Shown here piece after piece: positions 49,218 to 57,839 of a DNA stretch of 64,000 nt. A program made the position numbers and the translations under genes. The DNA comes from Pseudomonadales bacterium (GTDB taxonomy: Bacteria; Patescibacteriota; Microgenomatia; UBA1400; PJMF01): contig JACKFY010000001.1 of assembly GCA_020632235.1 (NCBI GenBank), positions 93,602 through 157,601 of the forward strand, given 5' to 3'. How positions within the stretch are numbered: position 1 is the first letter of the stretch; the number at the start of each line of letters is the position of its first letter. The notes beneath the pieces were generated by a model that worked only from the letters and a program-made list of their open reading frames with translations, was not told the origin of the DNA and did not search any database.

Positions 49218-49616
49218 ATGACAGGAACACCCATTCATTTTGAAATACACGCTGATCATGTAGAGCGTGCCAAGACATTTTATGCGACTGTTTTTGGCTG
49301 GACGTTTGAAGACTATAGCGAGTACACAGGCTCGCCATACTTTGGTGTAACTACAGGAGAAAAGTCAGAACTAGGTATTAATGGCGGATTTATGCTCAGA
49401 AAAGGCGACGCTCCGTCGGCTGAGACTCCTGTGACAGGATTTGTATGTACTATGGGGGTAGAAAGTTATGATCAAGCTCATCAAACAATCTTGGCAGCCG
49501 GAGGTAGTGTTGCTTTAGAAAAATATGCTTTGCCAGGAATGGCATGGCAGGGCTACTACCACGATACCGAAGGAAATATCTTTGGAATTCACGAGCCAGA
49601 TGAAAATGCCCAGTAA
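49218..49616 (+). CDS. VOC-family (glyoxalase/bleomycin-resistance fold) protein
   Basis: HFEIHADHVERAKTFYATVFGW...GNIFGIHEP. Confidence 0.65.
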   Translation: MTGTPIHFEIHADHVERAKTFYATVFGWTFEDYSEYTGSPYFGVTTGEKSELGINGGFMLRKGDAPSAETPVTGFVCTMGVESYDQAHQTILAAGGSVALEKYALPGMAWQGYYHDTEGNIFGIHEPDENAQ

Positions 49617-50028
49617 ACAAAATAAAACAATAGTAACTACCACCTCTCCTGAGGAGTTTTTGCGGACAGTGAGTGAAAAACGGCAACAAGAAGCCGCCGT
49701 TCTTATAGAGATAATGTCTCGTGTTTCCGGTCAATCACCTGTGATGTGGGGGAGCAGTATTATTGGTTTTGGCACCTACCATTACAAGTATGCTTCAGGA
49801 AGAGAGGGTGACTGGATGAAAGTGGGCTTTAGTCCTCGCAAGGCAAAAATCTCGCTCTACCTCAGTTGTAATGCAGACGACTTCGCAAAACAGCTCGAAC
49901 GCCTGGGCAAACATACCCGAGGGAAGGGCTGTATTTATATCAACAAACTTACAGATAGTAACTTAGAAGTCCTTGAAGAAATGGTAAAAATTGCCTACGA
50001 GGGAGCGCAGGATTATGAGGCGAAGTAG
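49600..50028 (+). CDS. DUF1801 (YdhG-like) domain protein
   Basis: Track ORF 49525..50028. The start is moved to the ATG at 49600 (MKMPSKQNK) to avoid overlap. Confidence 0.5.
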   Translation: MKMPSKQNKTIVTTTSPEEFLRTVSEKRQQEAAVLIEIMSRVSGQSPVMWGSSIIGFGTYHYKYASGREGDWMKVGFSPRKAKISLYLSCNADDFAKQLERLGKHTRGKGCIYINKLTDSNLEVLEEMVKIAYEGAQDYEAK

Positions 50029-50046
50029 TAACAAAAAGGAGGAACT

Positions 50047-50460
50047 ATGGAAGTCAATATCTGGGCAGTTTTCGCAGCAACAGTCGCAATATTTGGGGTG
50101 GGCGCATTTTGGTACATGGTGCCATTTGCCAAGATTTGGGGCACCATTCATGGGTTTGACAAATTAAGTAAAGAAAAACAAAAGGAAATGGAGGCCAAAA
50201 TGGGGCCTTGGTATGGTGTGCAGCTGGTGGTAACCATTCTTTCAGCTTGGGTTCTCGCAGTATTGATAGGCGCATTGCCGGAAATGTCAGCATTTTTTGT
50301 GGCATTCCTCGTTTGGTTAGGGTTCGTGCTGCCTACCACAGCCAGCAACATGATCTTTGGTGGTAGCCCTGAGGGGTACGTATGGCACAAAATTGCAATT
50401 ACCAGTGGCGAGGCGCTCGTGCATTTGTTAGTAGCTGCCTGGGTGATTAGTGTCATGTAA
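50047..50460 (+). CDS. DUF1761 membrane protein
   Basis: Four TM helices. NIWAVFAATVAIFGVGAFWY... is typical of DUF1761. Confidence 0.5.
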   Translation: MEVNIWAVFAATVAIFGVGAFWYMVPFAKIWGTIHGFDKLSKEKQKEMEAKMGPWYGVQLVVTILSAWVLAVLIGALPEMSAFFVAFLVWLGFVLPTTASNMIFGGSPEGYVWHKIAITSGEALVHLLVAAWVISVM

Positions 50461-50556
50461 CAAGAGTGGTATGAGAAAATTGGTGGGCACAGACCTCTAC
50501 CGACATGTTACTATTCGTACTGTCAATACAGTGCGAAGTATTGTAGAAAGGATGCT

Positions 50557-51093
50557 ATGAAACATATCGTTATTTTGACAGGGAGCGCCCGACCAAATAC
50601 TGCTGGCAAGCCACTTACAGAACTTGCCCAGACGATGCTAGAGGAGCAAGGAGTGGAAGTCGAAGTAATTGATGTTGCTCAACTTAACTTACCATTTTTC
50701 AACGCCACCATGCCACCTTCTGCAGAAGGGTATGAGATTCCTCACGATAGTGTAAAAGCATGGTCAAAGAAAGTCCAAGCAGCTGATGGCGTGGTGCTGA
50801 TGATGCCAGAGTACAATCATGCCATGAGTGCCGTGCAGAAAAATGCATTGGATTGGCTCTATAGTGAGTGGAGGGACAAACCACTTGCGATTATTGCATA
50901 CGGGTTTTCTGCAGGAAAAAACTCTCTCACAAACTTTGAGGCTATCAACACAAATATCAAAACAGATGTAGTGGGCACAGTCGGTATGCAGTTTCTTCAG
51001 CAGCTTGAAGTAGATGGCTCTATCAAAGATGAGGGTGTTGCACGCCAGATGATTGAACCAACGCTGGCCGCACTCGTTGAAAAGGTGAGCTAA
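50557..51093 (+). CDS. NAD(P)H-dependent FMN reductase-type oxidoreductase
   Basis: MKHIVILTGSARPNTAGK flavodoxin-like fold. Confidence 0.75.
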   Translation: MKHIVILTGSARPNTAGKPLTELAQTMLEEQGVEVEVIDVAQLNLPFFNATMPPSAEGYEIPHDSVKAWSKKVQAADGVVLMMPEYNHAMSAVQKNALDWLYSEWRDKPLAIIAYGFSAGKNSLTNFEAINTNIKTDVVGTVGMQFLQQLEVDGSIKDEGVARQMIEPTLAALVEKVS

Positions 51094-51096
51094 AAC

Positions 51097-51408
51097 TTAC
51101 AAACGCTTCTTTTTTCTCTTGCCTAGGATGTATTTTTGAGAGGCACTCATCTCTTTGTCAGGTCTGTGCACACACCCTATCCAGCAGCACGGTCGGCGTT
51201 GGCCATCTAGCAGTTCTTCGACTGTGCGACGAATGCGCCTCTCTCTCGTTTTTATCTGTTTGCCATCTTCCACCCAACAGATAAACTCGTTTCGTGCCAG
51301 GGGCGTTATGTCGTTCCAGAGCTTGATAAGCTCGTCACTTGCCTCGATTGCTTTTTTGAGGTCATTGGGTAGTGGGTGAACGATATCAAGACCTGCAAGT
51401 ACCTTCAT
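51097..51408 (-). CDS. YdeI/OmpD-associated family protein
   Basis: 103 aa with a conserved C-terminal CxxC region and basic tail. Confidence 0.5.
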   Translation of the reverse strand: MKVLAGLDIVHPLPNDLKKAIEASDELIKLWNDITPLARNEFICWVEDGKQIKTRERRIRRTVEELLDGQRRPCCWIGCVHRPDKEMSASQKYILGKRKKKRL

Positions 51409-51496
51409 GGCTTTATTTTACACTATATGTTCTTGATTTGCATACATACAGCATCCTGTGCTCCTTCATGGCTTTATTTTACACTATATGTTCTTG
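51408..51496. repeat. 36-bp direct duplication (CTTCATGGCTTTATTTTACACTATATGTTCTTGATT x2, 17-bp spacer) at the junction between the YdeI-like gene start and the IS481-like element
   Basis: Read directly from the sequence. The first copy includes the start codon of 51097..51408. Confidence 0.7.
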
Positions 51497-51509
51497 ATTC
51501 ACCCGTTCG

Positions 51510-52588
51510 TGTTAAAGGCATATACATTTCGGAAAATTAGTTTGTACAAATTGCATTGGGGATAGATATCCCAGTGATGCATGTGGTCGTTTGTAGTTGT
51601 ACCAGTTTAAGTACCCGGATAGTTTAACTTGAAACGCCTCTAAGTCAAAGTAGATCTCATCATTTCGGTTGATGAATTCTTCTTGGATGGTGCGGTTAAA
51701 TCTCTCAACCACACCATTAATCTTGGGAGATTTTGGGTAGATAAATTGGTGTTTAATTTCTTGGTCTTCTAGATATGCATGAAATGTTTTGAAGAACTCA
51801 GAGCCATTGTCTGTTTGGACAGTGTGGACTGGATGTGGTGACTTGTTTTGAAACTCTTGAAACGTCAGTTTTGCTTGAAGGCTCGAAAGTGTTTTGACTT
51901 TTCTCACATGAGCGAACTTGGTGTAGATGTCAATACAGCACATGAAGTTGTGGCGAATTGTATCGATGTACACTACCACACTGTCCATCTCGACATATCC
52001 AGGCCTCGTTGCTTTGGGTGACTTCCTCGTTCTGTCTCGAGAGAACTTGTTTTTTCTTTTCTTCTTTTTGGGTGGGTCAAAATACAGGTTCTTGCGTTTA
52101 ATAACTTTTGTTATGGTCCTATGGCTAATTGAATCTATGCCTAGTTCTGTTGCATATTCATCAAGAAATATCTTTATCTTCTCTCGACCAATGTTGCCAT
52201 ATTGCTGTCTAAACTCACGAATAAATTGAATCAGCCGCCAATCCGTTGTCATCTGTCTAACTCGTTTGGGACGAGTCTTTTTAGGAACTAATGACAACAG
52301 TGCTTTGCCAGATCCCTCGTACTGCTTGTTCCAGTCATAGAGGGTTGATTTACCAACTTTGAATGCTTCTACAGTAGGTTTCCAGCCATACTTGTAGTAG
52401 TGCTCTAACACATGCAGTCTAAATTTTGCCGGATCTGACTTGTCAAAAGCCAAGGAATTCTCAAGTGTTTTCATCAGCCAATCATACTGGCTGTTGCCAC
52501 CAAACATCTCGATATTTTTCCTAATCCTCGTCGATTGACCTGCTTTCACGATTACCTTCCCATTCCGGAATGTATCGTGCCTTATTCA
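51510..52588 (-). mobile_element. IS481-like IS, intact copy, with 5-bp TSD GTTCG
   Basis: Same termini as 26567..27646. GTTCG occurs at 51505-51509 and 52589-52593. Single 345-aa transposase ORF 51512..52549. Confidence 0.85.
51512..52549 (-). CDS. IS481-like DDE transposase (HTH plus rve core)
   Basis: DDE context VQTDNGSEF...INGVVERFNRT..., with the C-terminal YNYKRPHASLGYLSP. Confidence 0.85.
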   Translation of the reverse strand: MKAGQSTRIRKNIEMFGGNSQYDWLMKTLENSLAFDKSDPAKFRLHVLEHYYKYGWKPTVEAFKVGKSTLYDWNKQYEGSGKALLSLVPKKTRPKRVRQMTTDWRLIQFIREFRQQYGNIGREKIKIFLDEYATELGIDSISHRTITKVIKRKNLYFDPPKKKKRKNKFSRDRTRKSPKATRPGYVEMDSVVVYIDTIRHNFMCCIDIYTKFAHVRKVKTLSSLQAKLTFQEFQNKSPHPVHTVQTDNGSEFFKTFHAYLEDQEIKHQFIYPKSPKINGVVERFNRTIQEEFINRNDEIYFDLEAFQVKLSGYLNWYNYKRPHASLGYLSPMQFVQTNFPKCICL

Positions 52589-52627
52589 GTTCGACATCTA
52601 GAGAGAACTACGTATAATCTGATCTAT

Positions 52628-53347
52628 ATGGAGTATACAGCCCAAGCATTTACAGAAGCACTCGCAGAGTACGCTCGGCCAGAGCGCGCACGTCACGCGC
52701 AACGATTTTTCAAGACAGGTAAAGGCGAGTATGGTGAGGGCGATGTGTTTATTGGCGTGCGTGTGCCAGAAATTCGCTTGGTTTGTAACCAATTTTTTCT
52801 ATTACCACTTGCTGAAACCGCAAAACTTCTTGAAAGCAGTATCCACGAACATCGCTTGGCCGGAGTCATTATCTTGGTCAAGCAATACAGAAAAGCAGAT
52901 CAAGACCGTCAGCAGAGCATTTTTGACCTTTACCTTGCCCAGCTGTACAAAGGCAATATAAATAACTGGGACATCATTGATGCCAGCTGCCACCAGATTG
53001 TTGGCCAGCATCTTCTTGACGCAGAGAGCACTCAGCTTCTTGTCAGACTGGCGCGCTCTGATTCGCTGTGGCAGCGAAGGGTGGCTATTGTTAGTACGTT
53101 TGCGTTTATTCGCTTGGGTCAGAGTGGGCCAACGATTGAAGTTGCCCGCCTCCTTTTGTATGATCAAGAGGACTTAATTCACAAAGCAACCGGCTGGATG
53201 CTGCGAGAGATGGGAAAACGCGTATCTCTGGAAGATCTTCGTGAGTTTCTTCAAGAACACGTCACTCAGATGCCGCGTACTATGTTACGTTATGCTATTG
53301 AGAGGTTGCCAGATTCAGAGAGACAAGAGTGGTTGCACGCACGATGA
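52628..53347 (+). CDS. DNA alkylation repair protein (AlkD/AlkC-like HEAT-repeat glycosylase family)
   Basis: Family-typical N-terminus (AEYARPERARHAQRFFKTGKGEYGEGDVFIGVRVPEIR) and HEAT-like repeats. Start at ATG 52628, just outside the IS. Confidence 0.7.
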   Translation: MEYTAQAFTEALAEYARPERARHAQRFFKTGKGEYGEGDVFIGVRVPEIRLVCNQFFLLPLAETAKLLESSIHEHRLAGVIILVKQYRKADQDRQQSIFDLYLAQLYKGNINNWDIIDASCHQIVGQHLLDAESTQLLVRLARSDSLWQRRVAIVSTFAFIRLGQSGPTIEVARLLLYDQEDLIHKATGWMLREMGKRVSLEDLREFLQEHVTQMPRTMLRYAIERLPDSERQEWLHAR

Positions 53348-53362
53348 AGGAGGCTCGCAGAG

Positions 53363-53997
53363 CTACTCTTTCATTTGACTTATGTAGGCAAATAGCTCAC
53401 TGGCAATCATACCACCGATTAGTGGCGCAGTGATGTAGAGCACGATCAGACCAAAGTTATCAGCTAGGTTGGCAATATCTACGAGCGCTGGTGAGACACC
53501 AACAGCAGGGTTAAACGCACCACCAGAGAGCGCACCGACACTCAATGCTCCCACCAGGACAATGCCCCCAATAGCTAGGCCGTAGTATTGATTACCCACC
53601 ACCTGTTTTGGCACAGCAACATTAAGTACCACCCAAACGAGGGCAAAGGTAAAGAGCGCTTCAGCTAAGAATGGTAAGAACAGCGAAGTACCAGCAGGAG
53701 CAACTAAGAATGTGCCACTGCCTGCCATAAACACAGAAACCAGGATGCTAGCTACAATACCACCCAGCATTTGCGAGCTGACGTACTTCGTGAGTTCATC
53801 CCCCGAGAGCTTGCCTAGTCGCCAAATAGCGAGGCTGACCGCAGGGTTGAAGTGTCCGCCAGAAATGTAGGCACCTGCATAGATCATAATGCCAAGTACA
53901 GCGGCAATGGCAAGTGGGTCACCACTCAATCCAACCGTTAGAACCAAAAAGAATGTACCAAGAAGCTCGATGAGGTATTTTTTTCATATACCATCAT
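53363..53997 (-). CDS. Aquaporin/MIP-family channel, N-terminus frameshifted in an A7 tract immediately after the start codon
   Basis: Two NPA motifs (HFNPAV, AFNPAV). With one fewer A in ATG-AAAAAAA-TACCTC, the N-terminus reads MKKYLIELLGTFFLVLTVGLS, a canonical aquaporin N-terminus. Confidence 0.7.
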
Positions 53998-54039
53998 TTA
54001 TACCGATAAAAAAAGCAAAGTCAATAGATGGAGGGTATA

Positions 54040-55323
54040 TTAGGCAAACACAGTAATGGCGTTATCTACCATGATATCGCTCTGGGTAATTTCTTTTGTG
54101 AGGTAAAGAGTGTCGAGTGAGCGGCAGCGACTCAGCGCCACGTACGTTTGGCCATGAGCAAACGCGCCTTCATCTAGGTCTATGACAACACTATCAAAGG
54201 TTTGGCCTTGTGACTTATGAATGGTGATGGCCCAGGCAAGTTTTATAGGTAGTTGGCGAAATCGACTCACAATTTCTTGGCTTACCGTGCCGCTTGTTGT
54301 GTCGTAGTGATAGCGAATGCTGTCCCAGCTGACTGGCTCTACTTCATACTCATCTCCATCAATTGCAACGATAACTTGATCTCGGTTTAGGTCAATAATC
54401 TCTGCCAGAGTTCCATTGACCCATCTACCGGCTGGGTCATTTTTAATGAGCATCACTTGTGCGCCCACTTTGAGCTTGAGTACTGCATCGGTAGGGAAGG
54501 CACTCATTTTTTTATCGCCCTTAATTGTTGCTTTGAAGGAGTACTCTTTTCCTGGTAGAGCTGCCAGCTTACTCTTATTGATGTACTCTGCTGTTTTGTT
54601 GCGCGCAGTGAGGGTGATCACCGAGTGATGCTCCGGCGGCTCACCCACTCGACTATTGAGTGTCTGGAGTGCTTCGTCCAAACTTCTATTCGTTCTGACT
54701 GCGTTGAGTGCCGAGATAAAACGAGCATCAGCTTGCCGAAAGTGAGTGGTGAGGATGATGACAGTAGGATTGAGTTCTTTCCAAGCATCTGCATGAAAGG
54801 AGAAGTGACCACCATAGGTGTCGGCAAAGTACTCTTCTAGCTCACTACTTGTTACTACTGGTGGTAGTTGGTGCATGTCGCCAAACATGACAACTTGCAG
54901 CCCTCCAAATGGCAGCGGGTTTTTTCGTGCTTTTTTTAGCAGGTAATCGATGGCTTCTAGTATGTCCACTCGCACCATAGAAATCTCATCGATAATCAAC
55001 ATATCAATGGCAGCCAGGATGTCTTTGGTTTTTTTTGTGAGTCTGAGAGTGGGAAGTACGTCTGGGGTAAGTGCGTTAAATGGCAGGCGGAAGAGTGAGT
55101 GGATGGTTTGTCCGCCTACGGTGAGTGCAGCAACGCCAGTCGGCGCAACTACAACAAAACGTTTATTGGTGGTGTGCCGGATGTACTGCAAGAGCGATGA
55201 CTTACCCGTCCCTGCCCGCCCTGTGATAAAAAATGAGTCGCTACTTTCTTCGATGGCACGTGCGGCGGCAGCCTGCTCTGGACTGAGCGTCAAATCATCT
55301 ATCTGTAGTGGAGCACCAATCAT
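54040..55323 (-). CDS. PIF1/RecD-like ATP-dependent DNA helicase (AAA_30 plus UvrD_C_2)
   Basis: Walker A GRAGTGKSS, motif II LIIDEISMV and a C-terminal RecD-like barrel. Confidence 0.8.
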   Translation of the reverse strand: MIGAPLQIDDLTLSPEQAAAARAIEESSDSFFITGRAGTGKSSLLQYIRHTTNKRFVVVAPTGVAALTVGGQTIHSLFRLPFNALTPDVLPTLRLTKKTKDILAAIDMLIIDEISMVRVDILEAIDYLLKKARKNPLPFGGLQVVMFGDMHQLPPVVTSSELEEYFADTYGGHFSFHADAWKELNPTVIILTTHFRQADARFISALNAVRTNRSLDEALQTLNSRVGEPPEHHSVITLTARNKTAEYINKSKLAALPGKEYSFKATIKGDKKMSAFPTDAVLKLKVGAQVMLIKNDPAGRWVNGTLAEIIDLNRDQVIVAIDGDEYEVEPVSWDSIRYHYDTTSGTVSQEIVSRFRQLPIKLAWAITIHKSQGQTFDSVVIDLDEGAFAHGQTYVALSRCRSLDTLYLTKEITQSDIMVDNAITVFA

Positions 55324-55357
55324 CTTGGTTTAGAGTATACCAGATAAAGTTGGCACG

Positions 55358-55792
55358 TTATTGTTTGAGCGAGCCGATGTTATACTGCGCAAGCGCTGCA
55401 TATGCTTCTGCACTATGGCTGCCCTCGTTTCTTGGTCTGTTGGCAAATAGGTTTTGGTCACTCACTCCACAACCTTGCAGAATCTCGGCACCACCAGGGT
55501 GGGTTCCATCAGCAACATACTCGGTGACATCATAAACATCGCCGTCAACCACAATCCAGCAGTCACTAGCGCTATTATGAGTTGCCACTTCTGCTGCAGT
55601 GAATGAATTGGTTGTTGTTTCTGTGGAGGGAGTAGTTGAGGCCTGCAAAGGCTCAATAATGACATCTGTTTGGGCTTCAGTTGAGACAGATTCTGTTGCT
55701 ACTTCTTGCTTAGGTCGAAGCACCATGTAACCAACTAGAACGGCAATCACTAAGAGTATGCCAATGATAAGAGGGCGGTGAGTAGAGTTCAT
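55358..55792 (-). CDS. Membrane-anchored cytochrome b5-like heme-binding domain protein
   Basis: HNSASDCWIVVDGDVYDVTEYVADGTHPGG cyt-b5 signature. N-terminal TM and a Thr/Ser/Glu-rich linker. Confidence 0.7.
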   Translation of the reverse strand: MNSTHRPLIIGILLVIAVLVGYMVLRPKQEVATESVSTEAQTDVIIEPLQASTTPSTETTTNSFTAAEVATHNSASDCWIVVDGDVYDVTEYVADGTHPGGAEILQGCGVSDQNLFANRPRNEGSHSAEAYAALAQYNIGSLKQ

Positions 55793-56415
55793 ACTATTTT
55801 CTTTCCCACAGTAGTGTGTTTATATACAAGTGATGCTGTCTCTGTGAGAGCACCCAGGCCGACCAAAATAGTTGAGAGTTCGGTTGGCGATTGTAAAAAA
55901 AGATGAAAAAAGAGGAGCCCGATCATAATATAGACCAGCTTGTGCAGTTTTGTCCAGTTTTTTTTAAGCACCTGTTTTGTCCAGTCGCTTGAAGTAAGAA
56001 AGAGCGGTAGTCCCAGCAGCAGCGTGAGGGTGCCAAAAAACTCAAACGGGCGAGTAGCAATGACGCTGCCAAATCCCAAGATTGTTGCGGGGAACACCTT
56101 TAATAAGAAGTAGTGGCATACACCCAGTAGGTACATTGAGATGCCCAGCTCTTTTCGAAATGTCTGTATAATTATCTGTGCGTCAAGAAAAATACCTTTG
56201 AGCTTAAATCTGCGAGAGATTCCTGGATAGATCACAACCAGAAGTAGTAGAGCAGAGAGCGTGCCCGCTTTATCTCCTGTTTCTGTCCAGTAGGGAGCAA
56301 AGCTTGGTTGCACTCCCAAAAAAATTATCACCACAATCATTATAGTCCAACCAATTCGAAAGAAATTGACGATGTTTGGTGCAGATTGGATGATTTGTTT
56401 AGTACCGTTGTGCAC
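55789..56415 (-). CDS. Ferric-reductase-like (YedZ/MsrQ-type) di-heme b transmembrane protein
   Basis: Six TM helices with conserved His pairs (CHYFLL..., LHKLVYIMIGLLFFH). Overlaps the cyt b5 gene by 4 nt. Confidence 0.55.
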   Translation of the reverse strand: MHNGTKQIIQSAPNIVNFFRIGWTIMIVVIIFLGVQPSFAPYWTETGDKAGTLSALLLLVVIYPGISRRFKLKGIFLDAQIIIQTFRKELGISMYLLGVCHYFLLKVFPATILGFGSVIATRPFEFFGTLTLLLGLPLFLTSSDWTKQVLKKNWTKLHKLVYIMIGLLFFHLFLQSPTELSTILVGLGALTETASLVYKHTTVGKKIV

Positions 56416-56449
56416 AGCCCATCAGTATAAAGATGGTGAGCGTTAAAGT

Positions 56450-56692
56450 CTAGACCTGTATGGCAGAGTACTCAAGTGACTCAATCACCGAGCGGATAGT
56501 TTTTGGAGAGGTTTTCTCTTCATCATACACAACGGTAGTGAGCGCCTTTGCGTATGATGTATCGGCTGATATGACTCCGGGAATTTCCTCCAGTTCAGCG
56601 GTAATATTCATACTACAGCTGGCGCAGTGCATGCCATCAATCTTAAACACGACGGTTGTCCCTTGCGGTGTTTTTTTAAAGATGCCAAACAT
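56450..56692 (-). CDS. copZ: Heavy-metal-associated (HMA) copper chaperone
   Basis: MHCASCSMNI MxCxxC motif in a ferredoxin-like fold, 80 aa. Confidence 0.8.
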   Translation of the reverse strand: MFGIFKKTPQGTTVVFKIDGMHCASCSMNITAELEEIPGVISADTSYAKALTTVVYDEEKTSPKTIRSVIESLEYSAIQV

Positions 56693-56707
56693 ACGGTTCC
56701 TTTCTTG

Positions 56708-57826
56708 TTAGGTAACTTCTAATGTGCCGGTGTACATACCCATCGAGCAGGTGTAGGTGTATTTTCCTGGTTTCATAGGTGTGAAAGCAAATGTTTGAGT
56801 GTCGGTAGCCTCCAAGAATGTGTTGATGTCAAATTCTTTGAGGATAAACGCCAGCGCGCAGGTGTAGGTATTGTTGCTTTGCAAGGTCAGCTCTACTGGA
56901 GTGCCAGCTTGCACTTTTACATATTGAGGCGAGTAGCCTTGATTAAGAATATGGATGGTGACGTGCTGCACGCCATCTACGACTTTAGCCATAGGCGCGC
57001 TGGGAGTGCTTGCAAATCGTTCTGATGAGAAAAAGTAGGTCACAGGCTCTGCTACTTTTTGCAACGTGATGGGGGAGTTGGCCACAATAAGCACACCATT
57101 GACGCTATACACAGCCATCGCGATCAATGCGTAGGCAGTAACTTTAGAAAATGTTGTGTACCAGCCTTCACTTAGCTTTGCCGTTGCTACACCTATAATG
57201 GCAAAGAGCGGCATAGTGCCTAGCACAAACGAAAACATAATCAGACCTCCGTATGCGGGGTTACCTGTGTTAATAGCGAGCACCTCCATAGCTTGGGTGA
57301 CACCACAGGGAATAAAGATAGTCAAAAATCCGAGCACTACTGGAGCAAATAATGCTTTGCTCTTACTTGAGTTTCTCACCATTTTTTGAGTGAACTTTGG
57401 TGGCTGGAATGCGACAAAACGAAAGAGAGGGTGTGCGTCTAGCAAGTTCATGGCGGTAGCAAACATAAACAACGCGGTAAAGACCTGAAATGCGAGTCTG
57501 ACCCCCAAGCTCAAGGTGATAGCTGATCCAAGAGCCCCTAGTAAAAATCCAAGAATAGTGTGGGAAACCAACTTTGCACCCAAAAACATCCCTACGGGCA
57601 ACCAGTCCATTTGATCAAATGATTGAAGAGAAAAATTGCTATCTTGCAACTTTTTTAGGTATTTTTTTTTATTTTTTTCTGTCTTAAGTTGTTTTTTTTC
57701 AACAATAGCATCGTGCTCCTGCTCTTTGCCATTGGCCACGACACTTGCGAGCAGCCCACCCTGCATCGCCAGACACGACAAGCCACCAGTCGTTAGCCCT
57801 GTGAGAAAAATGACGAATAAATCCAT
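56708..57826 (-). CDS. CcdA/DsbD-family transmembrane thiol-disulfide transporter fused to a C-terminal cupredoxin-like domain
   Basis: The N-terminal GGLSCLAMQGG plus 6-8 TM helices is CcdA-like. The C-terminal about 100 aa beta domain (...GKYTYTCSMGMYTGTLEV) resembles cupredoxin_1-type domains. Confidence 0.55.
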   Translation of the reverse strand: MDLFVIFLTGLTTGGLSCLAMQGGLLASVVANGKEQEHDAIVEKKQLKTEKNKKKYLKKLQDSNFSLQSFDQMDWLPVGMFLGAKLVSHTILGFLLGALGSAITLSLGVRLAFQVFTALFMFATAMNLLDAHPLFRFVAFQPPKFTQKMVRNSSKSKALFAPVVLGFLTIFIPCGVTQAMEVLAINTGNPAYGGLIMFSFVLGTMPLFAIIGVATAKLSEGWYTTFSKVTAYALIAMAVYSVNGVLIVANSPITLQKVAEPVTYFFSSERFASTPSAPMAKVVDGVQHVTIHILNQGYSPQYVKVQAGTPVELTLQSNNTYTCALAFILKEFDINTFLEATDTQTFAFTPMKPGKYTYTCSMGMYTGTLEVT

Positions 57827-57839
57827 AGCAGCATCCTTT

